A stretch of DNA of 64,000 nucleotides from Truepera sp. (lineage in GTDB: Bacteria; Deinococcota; Deinococci; Deinococcales; Trueperaceae): positions 448,001 through 512,000 of the forward strand of contig CBDCKW010000009.1 in the NCBI GenBank assembly GCA_965218435.1. The letters are read 5' to 3'. Shown here piece after piece: positions 51,707 to 59,722 of this stretch (position 1 is the first letter of the stretch; each line of letters starts with the position of its first letter). A model generated the notes under the pieces. That model was not told where the DNA came from and searched no databases. It saw nothing but the letters and a program-made list of their open reading frames with translations. The position numbers and the translations under genes were made by a program.

Positions 51707-51771
51707 TCCAAGTAGCTTACCCTCGACACTAAAAGCATGACGAAACTAAACATGCGTTTAAGGATACAGCG

Positions 51772-53051
51772 GTGATAAGCGTTCTCCGCAATCGAAACTT
51801 TTCGTTGCTTTGGTGGGGAGGATTAGTCTCGATGATAGGAGACTACATGCTTTTCGTTGCGCTACCGATCTACATCTACCAGATGACCGGTTCGACCTTG
51901 GCAACGAGCTTGATGTTTATGGCTGGAGCGGTGCCTCGTGTCCTGCTGGGTTCGGTCGCAGGTGTTTTTGTAGACAGGTGGTCGCGCCAGCGGACGATGG
52001 TCGTCTGTAATTTGCTCTTAGCACTAGGCATCACCCCCCTGCTACTCGTCGCGCTGGGTGGCCCCATCTGGATCGTATACGTGGTGGCGATCTTTCAGTC
52101 ATCCGTCAACCAGTTTTTCGGGCCTGCCGAGAACGCCCTGTTACCAACGTTGGTGGACCGCGAACGGCTCACGTCGGCCAACGCGCTCAACGCGCTTAAT
52201 GACAATTTGGCACGTCTCCTCGGGCCTGCTGCGGGCGGGATCGTGGTCAGCTTCTCAGGACTCACGGGGGTTGTCGCTTTTGATCTAGCTTCTTACCTCA
52301 TTGCCGCAGTTCTTATCGCTTATATGAAAGTGCCTAAGGTCACAACCACTGAAGTTCGTCGAGAACGGCTCTCATTGGCGGACGTCCTCCGCAGTTTGGG
52401 ACATGAGTGGCGTGAAGGGCTGCGAGTTATCTCACGTCGCCGGATTGTTGCACTGCTAGTGGGTACCCGAACCTTTACCTCCCTGGGTGAGGGTGTGTTT
52501 AGCGTCTCCCTCGCGCCCTTCGTGACCGAAGTCTTTAGGGGTGGGGCGTTGCAGCTCGGTTGGGTGTTATCGGCTCAGGCGATAGGCGGCATCGTGGGTG
52601 GTGTTGCGATTGGCTGGCTGGGCGGGCGCATCTCTCCTGTGCTTCCCTACTTGGGTTTGGAGCTTTGCTTTTAGGAATTATTGACCTCGTCATCTTCAAT
52701 TATCCAGCTTTTCTTCCGAGTCTCATACCGGCGCTCGTCTTAATGGCCGTTGTAGGAATTCCTGCCTCAGGCTTCGGGGCGGGTTACACCACACTGATGC
52801 AAACGAACGTTACAGACAAACTCTTGGGCAGAGTATTCGGCGCTGTAGGTACTACCTCGGCGCTTGCCATGATTCTCGGCATGGCAACAGCAGGTGTTCT
52901 AGGTGACCATATCGGCGTCGTACCGGTTCTCAATGTCCAAGGTGTCGTTTACGTCACAGCAGGCATTGTAATTTTGGCCCTGATACGACCGAGACGGGCA
53001 AAAACTTCCTCATTCCAGACAACTGCTCCGGCTGACGAGCAGGCCACCTGA
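51772..53051 (+). pseudogene. MFS transporter (MFS_3/macrolide-efflux-like), frameshifted near 52645
   Basis: LRNRNF, GVFVDRWSR; C-terminal half continues in ORF 52560-53051 (LLGRVFG). Confidence 0.8.
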
Positions 53052-53125
53052 CAAAGGCGCTAGGTATGTAGTCCTAAGTGCAGTGCTACGTTCGGCTGAT
53101 GTATGCGGCTGTTGACTGACGTGCG

Positions 53126-54121
53126 TTAAAACCGAAACGCGTAAGTCCCCCGTAAAAGAACAGGCGGTACACCGAAATCGTTGGCTAAAGCTGCGCCCAG
53201 CTCGAGCCCCAGCGCACCAGGCCCCAGCGCCGTCCCCGCCGAAAGATTCGCGCGGTAGGGCGGTGCGGTGGCGCGGTAAGGTTCAGCGGCGAGTTCGGCG
53301 CGGTACGAAAAACGGCCCAGCTCCCCCGCGGCGCTCCCCCGGAACCCCGGCCGGATACCCAGCTCGCCCGAACCAAGCAGCACCGCACCGGTCAGAGCCG
53401 GTAGTTCCTGACGGTTGAGCTGATACTCTGCCCCGGCCGCTAAAAACGCGCGTCCGGCTCCCGGCCCGGTGTTGCCCTCTAACAGCACGACACCGTTATC
53501 ACTCTCTACCAGGCGGCGCAGCTGTAGCCGCGCGTCAAAGCCTGCGCCGAGCCCCGTCCCGGACTGATAGCTGAGTGCGGGCGTCGCCTCTAGCAGTAAG
53601 GTCCGGCCGAGGCGCTGGGTCGCGCCGACCGCCAGGTACGCACCGGTTCCCACGCTCTCGTCCAGATTTACTTGTGTGACTGCACTGGCAGGGGGTAAAA
53701 AGGGGCGGCTATCTAAGGTGTAGGCGGCGGTGGGCGAAAACGCGCCGGGGTTGCGATTAAAAACTGTCAGCGAAGCGTCCACGCCGGTCGCGGCGAGTGC
53801 GCCCGCAGCGTCCGCGCCGAGGTCAAACGCCCCGCCGGTGTCAGCGTCGGCGTGACCGGCGACGCTCACGGTCCCAAGTGGGCCGAACGACGAGCGAAAG
53901 CGTAAAACCGCGCCCAACTCGAGCGGTCCTGTCACCCCGTCGGCGACGCGCACATCAAGTGTCGTCGCGCCGAGGTCGAGCTCGCGGAGTTGCACTTCGG
54001 GCTCGAGCACGCCGTCGTAAGACAGGGCGACGCCGAAGGTTTGGGCGTTGCCCATAGGCACGAGCCCCAAGATAAGGAGCAAAAAGAACATCACGGTGGG
54101 TCGGTCGTAAGAATAGGCCAT
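53126..54121 (-). CDS. Secreted hypothetical protein, possible outer-membrane beta-barrel
   Basis: Signal peptide, alternating beta-strand pattern, C-terminal YAFRF. Confidence 0.65.
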   Translation of the reverse strand: MAYSYDRPTVMFFLLLILGLVPMGNAQTFGVALSYDGVLEPEVQLRELDLGATTLDVRVADGVTGPLELGAVLRFRSSFGPLGTVSVAGHADADTGGAFDLGADAAGALAATGVDASLTVFNRNPGAFSPTAAYTLDSRPFLPPASAVTQVNLDESVGTGAYLAVGATQRLGRTLLLEATPALSYQSGTGLGAGFDARLQLRRLVESDNGVVLLEGNTGPGAGRAFLAAGAEYQLNRQELPALTGAVLLGSGELGIRPGFRGSAAGELGRFSYRAELAAEPYRATAPPYRANLSAGTALGPGALGLELGAALANDFGVPPVLLRGTYAFRF

Positions 54122-54365
54122 AGCAAACTATAGCGGCTCAGCGTGAAGACCGCGCCCGGTTCGGTAAGGCAACCTCGCCAAAAAAGCGGAACGGTGCAAA
54201 AGTAGCGGGGTTTCGGCGTAGAGATGGTACATTTTTTCTGGGCACATCTGGGTAAAAGTCGGCTTTGTTGCCCACAGGTACAGACTTTTACCGGTCAGCC
54301 TCCGTGTTGAATTAGTTTTGTCCGCTACCGTGACAAATAGGTCGTGGCAAATGGAAAAGAGGAGT

Positions 54366-56909
54366 ATGAACATTCTCGGACATATGACCGTCCTGCCCGA
54401 CGTTCCGGGGCGCATCGCACGTTTGGGCGAGTTGTCAAATAATCTCTACTGGACCTGGCGGCCCGACGCGCGTAGGCTTTTTCGCCGTCTCGACCCCGAG
54501 TTGTGGGAGCAGGTAGGGCACAGCCCGGTCGAGCTGTTACGCGACATCTCGCAAGCGAAGCTCGAGGCTGCGGCAAAAAATTCTGAGTATCTGGCGCTTT
54601 ACGACGAGGTTGTCGGCGCGTTTGACGCGTACATGACGCGCTCTAAAAGCTGGTTTAGCGAACGCTCGAGTGGTCAACCGGAGGACGTTTACGCCTACTT
54701 TTGTATGGAGTACGGCTGGCACGAAGCCGTGGCGCTCTATTCGGGCGGTTTGGGGGTGCTGGCCGGTGACCACACCAAGGCGGCGTCGGATTTAGGGGTG
54801 CCGCTCGTCGCCGTCGGGCCATGGTTTCCTGAAGGCTACTTTCACCAACGCGTCGCGCAAACCGGTGAACAAGAAGCGTTTTACGAGCGGCTGAGCCCGA
54901 GTGAAATGCCCTTTACCCCGGTTCTTAAGGACGGCGAAGAGGTGCGCGTCGGCGTCACCTTACAGGGCCGTGAAGTGCAGCTCCGGGCGTGGCACTTAGC
55001 GGTCGGCACCGTGCCGGTGTATCTCCTTGACACCGACGTGCCGGAAAACTCGCCTGAAGACCGAGGGCTATTCTCACGGCTTTACGGCGGTGACCAAAGA
55101 ACCCGAATTGCGCAGGAGATTTTGCTAGGAGTCGGCGGCGTGCGGCTCTTGCGGGCGCTCGGTATCGCGCCGACCTCGTGGCATATGAACGAGGGACACA
55201 GCGCGTTTATGCCTTTGGAGCGTTGCCGCGAACTCGTCGAAGCCGGGATGCCGTTCTCCGAAGCGCGTGAAGTCGTCGCGGCGGGGACGGTCTTTACCGT
55301 TCACACCCCGGTCGCTGCCGGGAACGACACCTTCCCGTTTGACCTTATGAATCAGTTTTTTAGCGGATTTTGGGGTAGCTTGGGCCTGAGTCAGAGCGAG
55401 TTTCACGACTTAGGCCGTCACGATCACGGCTGGGGACCGGTTTTTAGTATGCCCGCGCTGGCGCTCCGTTTTTCCACCGGCCGTAACGGCGTCGCTAAAC
55501 TCCACGGCGAAACCTCACGCGAAATCTGGCGCGACCTCTGGCCCGAAGTACCGACCGACGAGGTACCGATCATGCACATCACCAACGGCGTTCACGAGCA
55601 GACCTGGGTCGCGCCTGAAATTCACGACCTGCTCAGCACGGTCTTGCCCGAAGATTGGCGGGAGCACTTTGACGACGCGGCGATGTGGGCAAAGGTAGAG
55701 ACTTTAGATAACGCTAAACTCTGGGCGGTGCGGCAGAGACTTAATCAGCAGAGCATCGAGTTTTTCCGCGACCGACTGGCGCGGCAGCTCACCCGTTACG
55801 GCTCCTCCCCGACCGCTGTCCGCGAGACCGAAGGGCTGTTTGACAAAAACACGCTGACCATCGGGTTTGCACGGCGTTTTGCGACCTATAAACGTGCCAC
55901 CCTGATCTTTCGTGATTTAGACCGGCTGGCGCGTATTTTGGGTGATCCCGATCGGCCCGTTCAGCTTGTCTTTGCCGGCAAAGCGCACCCCGCCGACAAA
56001 CCGGGGCAGGCGCTCATCGCCACGATTCAGGCGTTGTCGCAAGAACCGCGTTTCGCGGGTAAAATCTTGTTTATCGAAGATTACGATATGGCGATTGGGC
56101 GGGCGATGACGCGCGGGGTTGATGTGTGGCTTAATAACCCTAGGCGACCGCTCGAGGCGTCCGGGACGAGTGGGCAAAAAGCTGCGATGAACGGCATCTT
56201 AAACTTGTCTATCTTAGACGGCTGGTGGCCCGAAGGTTTTGACGGCGATAACGGTTGGGCGATCGGCTCAGGCGTCAATATGTCCGTCTCGGACGCTGCC
56301 GACGCTGCCGACGCCGACGCGCTCTACGACCTGTTAGAACGCGAAGTGGTGCCGCTCTACTACGACCGCGACGAGCAGGGTATCCCGCAAGCTTGGTTGG
56401 AACGCTCGAAAAACGCCATGGCGACGATCTCCCCAGCCTTTAACGCCCGCCGGATGGTCCGCGATTACGTCGAGACGTTTTACGCCCCGGCTGCCGAACG
56501 TGCCCGTCAGCTTGCCAAAGACGACTACGCGCCGGCTGCGGCGCTCGCCAAGTGGCGGCAAAAAGTTCAGCACAACTGGCACGGCGTTTACGTCAGTGCG
56601 AAGCCCTTGCAGGTCTCAGCGGCGCGAATTGGCGAGACGCTGCAAGTTGAAGCTGTCGTCAACCCGCGCGACTTTGACGAAGGGTCGCTCTGCGTCGAGC
56701 TCGTCTACAGCCCCGAAGGGGACGCTTTAGAGCACCACCTGCACACGGTGACGCTGACGTGCGCCGAACGCTACGACGACGGCGGCTGCTTGTACCGCGC
56801 TACCTTTGCTCCCAAAGTCAGCGGACAACTCGCCTACGGTGTCCGGGTCTACCCGACGAATCAGGCGTTAGTCAGCCCTTTTGACGCGCACGCCATTCGC
56901 TGGGCGTAA
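54366..56909 (+). CDS. glgP: Alpha-glucan phosphorylase
   Basis: YSGGLGVLAGD, HMNEGH, FARRFATYKR, EASGTSGQK motifs; ATG 54366 with GAGGAG. Confidence 0.95.
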   Translation: MNILGHMTVLPDVPGRIARLGELSNNLYWTWRPDARRLFRRLDPELWEQVGHSPVELLRDISQAKLEAAAKNSEYLALYDEVVGAFDAYMTRSKSWFSERSSGQPEDVYAYFCMEYGWHEAVALYSGGLGVLAGDHTKAASDLGVPLVAVGPWFPEGYFHQRVAQTGEQEAFYERLSPSEMPFTPVLKDGEEVRVGVTLQGREVQLRAWHLAVGTVPVYLLDTDVPENSPEDRGLFSRLYGGDQRTRIAQEILLGVGGVRLLRALGIAPTSWHMNEGHSAFMPLERCRELVEAGMPFSEAREVVAAGTVFTVHTPVAAGNDTFPFDLMNQFFSGFWGSLGLSQSEFHDLGRHDHGWGPVFSMPALALRFSTGRNGVAKLHGETSREIWRDLWPEVPTDEVPIMHITNGVHEQTWVAPEIHDLLSTVLPEDWREHFDDAAMWAKVETLDNAKLWAVRQRLNQQSIEFFRDRLARQLTRYGSSPTAVRETEGLFDKNTLTIGFARRFATYKRATLIFRDLDRLARILGDPDRPVQLVFAGKAHPADKPGQALIATIQALSQEPRFAGKILFIEDYDMAIGRAMTRGVDVWLNNPRRPLEASGTSGQKAAMNGILNLSILDGWWPEGFDGDNGWAIGSGVNMSVSDAADAADADALYDLLEREVVPLYYDRDEQGIPQAWLERSKNAMATISPAFNARRMVRDYVETFYAPAAERARQLAKDDYAPAAALAKWRQKVQHNWHGVYVSAKPLQVSAARIGETLQVEAVVNPRDFDEGSLCVELVYSPEGDALEHHLHTVTLTCAERYDDGGCLYRATFAPKVSGQLAYGVRVYPTNQALVSPFDAHAIRWA

Positions 56910-56927
56910 CTCTCTAAAAAGTTTCGT

Positions 56928-56954
56928 AAAGAGCAGGTACGCCTGCTCTTTTTT
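56928..56954. terminator. Intrinsic terminator
   Basis: AAAGAGCAGG-TACG-CCTGCTCTTTTTT. Confidence 0.8.
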
Positions 56955-56994
56955 ACTTTGCCTCAGTCAAGGGTGGCTTAAAGGCAGGGATGAC

Positions 56995-57348
56995 TTAAAG
57001 GCAGGCGCTCTGCTGCTTGAACGACAGCACGTAGTCTCGAGCCCGCTCTAAAGGATAGGTCAAGGTAGGGTCACCGTCCGGCGCTGCGTCGAGCCAGAGT
57101 TCTGCGGCTCCTCTAGCTAAGGCTGCCTCAAGCAGTTCTTCTTTGGCCCGGTAGTCGGCGGCGCACTGAACGTTTACGGCGCTACCACTAGGCAAAGCTG
57201 AGAGGTGGGCCGCCGGGAGTGTGTCGTCAGTAAAGATTAGCGCGACCCGCTCTTTTCCAACTCGCAGCAGTGCCGGGTCGAGGATGCCGAGACAGTTGTG
57301 CCCGTGACTACGCCCTAAAAAGTAGAGCGGTTGGTCTAAAAAGTACAT
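56995..57348 (-). CDS. Hypothetical protein
   Basis: MYFLDQPLYFLG...DYRAKEELLEAALARGAAELWLD; TAAACT 5 nt before ATG 57348. Confidence 0.6.
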   Translation of the reverse strand: MYFLDQPLYFLGRSHGHNCLGILDPALLRVGKERVALIFTDDTLPAAHLSALPSGSAVNVQCAADYRAKEELLEAALARGAAELWLDAAPDGDPTLTYPLERARDYVLSFKQQSACL

Positions 57349-57703
57349 GATCCAGTTTAGTCGGCTGTTCTCTGCGCAGCTGTTTTCCACACAGTTGATC
57401 TTTACCTCCAATAATCTTCACTTCCAAGCAGCGCAAGTTGTAGCTCTTAGACACGCTCAGTTCGGTGTCACGGTTGAAGTCTCGAGGCTTTGCTAAACGA
57501 CTTTTAGGCAGCAACAGCAACATATTTGACACGCCTGGGCTTTCGCCACCGCAGTTCATGTGCTCGTTAACCGCATAAGCCAACACAAAAAGGGCATTCT
57601 ATAGCAGTGCAGCACCAAAAATAGAGGCCGCAGAAAACGAAAGCAACCTCTTGTTGGCGTTACAAGCGAAAAACTGACAGTGGCTAAACGCTTGAAAATG
57701 CTG

Positions 57704-58642
57704 TTATGCCGTCCTAGCCTCCTCGACAAGCTTTGCTACCGCGCTAAGCACACTCTGCAAGGTTTCAAGTACCCCTTTAAGCTCGTGCGGGTGCGGAGCT
57801 AGAAAGGCGAGGTTGTCGAGTACCGAGAGGTATATCAGCGCCCGGAAGTGCGTTTCAAACCCCTCGGGCAGGCCGCGTACCCGCCGGTAGCTCTCCAAGA
57901 ACGCGGCCCGCTCGGGTGGCTCCATATCGAGCGTGCAGTCGGCTACGTCAAGGAGGTAGGGACCCCAACCGAGCCGTCCAAAGTCGATAACCCGCAGCTC
58001 ACCGCCGTGCCCCAAGAAGTTGCCGGAGTGTGCGTCGCCATGAACGAGCCCGAAACCGCCAGGAATCTCGTGTATAGGGTCTAGCAGCGCCGTGAGGGTA
58101 CTCCAAGCGGCTTCAACAACAGCCACTTCATCAGGGCTTAAGTGCTCAGGGCCGAGGAGCACTTGCAACGCCTTCCAACGATGCCGGTAGTACGCGAGGT
58201 CGTAGGTATCGCGCTTGAAGTCAGCAGGTGGCCGAAACGTTTCGGCGTGGCGGTGAAGCCGCGCGAAAAGTGTGCCCGCTTGGGACGCTTGGATGAGGTC
58301 GAGCGGCGCGTCGAGAGCCTGCCCTTCAACCCACGAGAGCAGCGTCGCCCAAGGCGGCGTCTGTTTGGTGTTGCCGAGCGGCACGACCCACGCATCCTCG
58401 GTACTGCGGATCGGCTCGGGGGCGAGCCCCTTGTTTGCAGCGTTTAAGAAGTTGAGCCAAACCAACTCGGCGGTGAGTATTTGAAGGTTGAGACGCGCGG
58501 CGGTGTGCAGGCGGAGTACGAACGACCTGTCGGGGGTGTCTACTCGAAAATTGATGTTCTCGGACCCGCCCAGGCGTGTTAAGCACGTGTCAGCTAAGCC
58601 GTAGGCCGCTAATGCCCGCTGCGTGTTTGCTGCATGTATCAT
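57704..58642 (-). CDS. APH/homoserine kinase type II-family phosphotransferase
   Basis: SENINFRV, VLRLH, Brenner motif HGDAHSGN, IDFG. Confidence 0.88.
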   Translation of the reverse strand: MIHAANTQRALAAYGLADTCLTRLGGSENINFRVDTPDRSFVLRLHTAARLNLQILTAELVWLNFLNAANKGLAPEPIRSTEDAWVVPLGNTKQTPPWATLLSWVEGQALDAPLDLIQASQAGTLFARLHRHAETFRPPADFKRDTYDLAYYRHRWKALQVLLGPEHLSPDEVAVVEAAWSTLTALLDPIHEIPGGFGLVHGDAHSGNFLGHGGELRVIDFGRLGWGPYLLDVADCTLDMEPPERAAFLESYRRVRGLPEGFETHFRALIYLSVLDNLAFLAPHPHELKGVLETLQSVLSAVAKLVEEARTA

Positions 58643-58782
58643 CGGTGTACCTCACTTGAGATTGTTGCCGGTATGTTTTACGGATTTGCCCGTTTAGTAA
58701 GACGAGATGAGCATCGTTGCCACGCCGGACCAGGGTACGCTTGGTCGGCAAAAAGTCGTTCAGTTCTGAAAATGAGGTAGCA

Positions 58783-58809
58783 AGAAAAACCGCAGGCTGG
58801 CCTGCGGCT
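58783..58809 (-). terminator. Attenuator terminator in the phosphotransferase leader
   Basis: Minus strand GCCGCAGGC-CA-GCCTGCGG-TTTTTCT, about 140 nt upstream of the CDS. Confidence 0.7.
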
Positions 58810-58829
58810 TAGATGTTTAGGCTAGATGT

Positions 58830-58976
58830 CTAAAAATCGGCAGACCTCTCCCGTAGTTCTTGGGTAGGACGTCGGAACCGTGAAGCTAGAAGGGATGCGT
58901 TGCACCGTGACAAAAGCCCTCGATGCCCGGCTAAGGCAGCATCTGAAGGGTCGTTTGCGCGTTCGGCTCGTTCCAT
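58830..58976 (-). CDS. Putative 48-aa leader peptide (uORF)
   Basis: GGGGGAG then ATG; MERAER...SRFRRPTQELRERSADF; stop about 20 nt before the terminator. Confidence 0.45.
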   Translation of the reverse strand: MERAERANDPSDAALAGHRGLLSRCNASLLASRFRRPTQELRERSADF

Positions 58977-59009
58977 GTTCAACAGCTCCCCCAGCGTAGC
59001 TCCTCCTAG

Positions 59010-59039
59010 AGGATAAGTGTGCAATCACGGAAGTGTCAA
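59010..59039 (-). promoter_or_regulatory. Sigma70-type promoter
   Basis: TTGACA-N18-TATCCT on the minus strand. Confidence 0.6.
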
Positions 59040-59280
59040 GCCGAACACTTAGGTGAAGCTGCTCAAGTAGTGTGCTTATGAACTAGTAAGGCTTTCCCTC
59101 ATACCCATGTATCGGCCTAAGTGGTGGGGGGTTGCACAGCTAATGCAGTCGTTGTTGCTTTTCACAGAAGGGACTTCGACAGTTTTGGAGCGAACCGAAA
59201 CGAGCCGGATACTCTAAGGTATATTATCGCTCAATTCTGATTCGATTACCCGCTACACCTCTGCGACGCTGCCAAAACCC

Positions 59281-59577
59281 TTAGCGGTTGCTGCCGGGAT
59301 TCCAGTTGGTCGCAAAGTCCAGCAGATTAAGAGGCTTTTTGGTCTTAAACTGGTGCGGGACCCTGGCCTTGGCCGCTGCAATCTGGGTGGCACTGGCACC
59401 GCCACTCGCCGAACTTTGTTCGATGATGACGCCGGAAATCTGGATGTTGTTGCCCCCGGCTAGCGCGGTGCTCTGGCCCTGCTGCGTGTTAGGGCTAAAA
59501 CTGCAAGCCGCTAAAGTTGCAGCCGAACCCAGACATAACCCTAGACATAAAAGCCTTGCTAAACCTTTGGTGATCAT
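59281..59577 (-). CDS. Small hypothetical lipoprotein
   Basis: GGAGGAG before ATG; lipobox LAAC. Confidence 0.55.
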   Translation of the reverse strand: MITKGLARLLCLGLCLGSAATLAACSFSPNTQQGQSTALAGGNNIQISGVIIEQSSASGGASATQIAAAKARVPHQFKTKKPLNLLDFATNWNPGSNR

Positions 59578-59722
59578 GTAACTCCTCCGGGACACCCTAA
59601 TCAGGCCATTTTAACAGGACGCAGTGCCCGTGCGGGGCGGAATGTCCCAATTCTGCTTTATATCTGCTCTGCGGTAGGGTTATGCGGGCTATAGCTACGC
59701 CCGACGCGCTAGAATAGCCTTA

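Noticed and set aside
57308..57586. 92-aa minus-strand ORF
   Set aside because: Overlaps the better-supported gene starting at 57348 and has no recognisable features.
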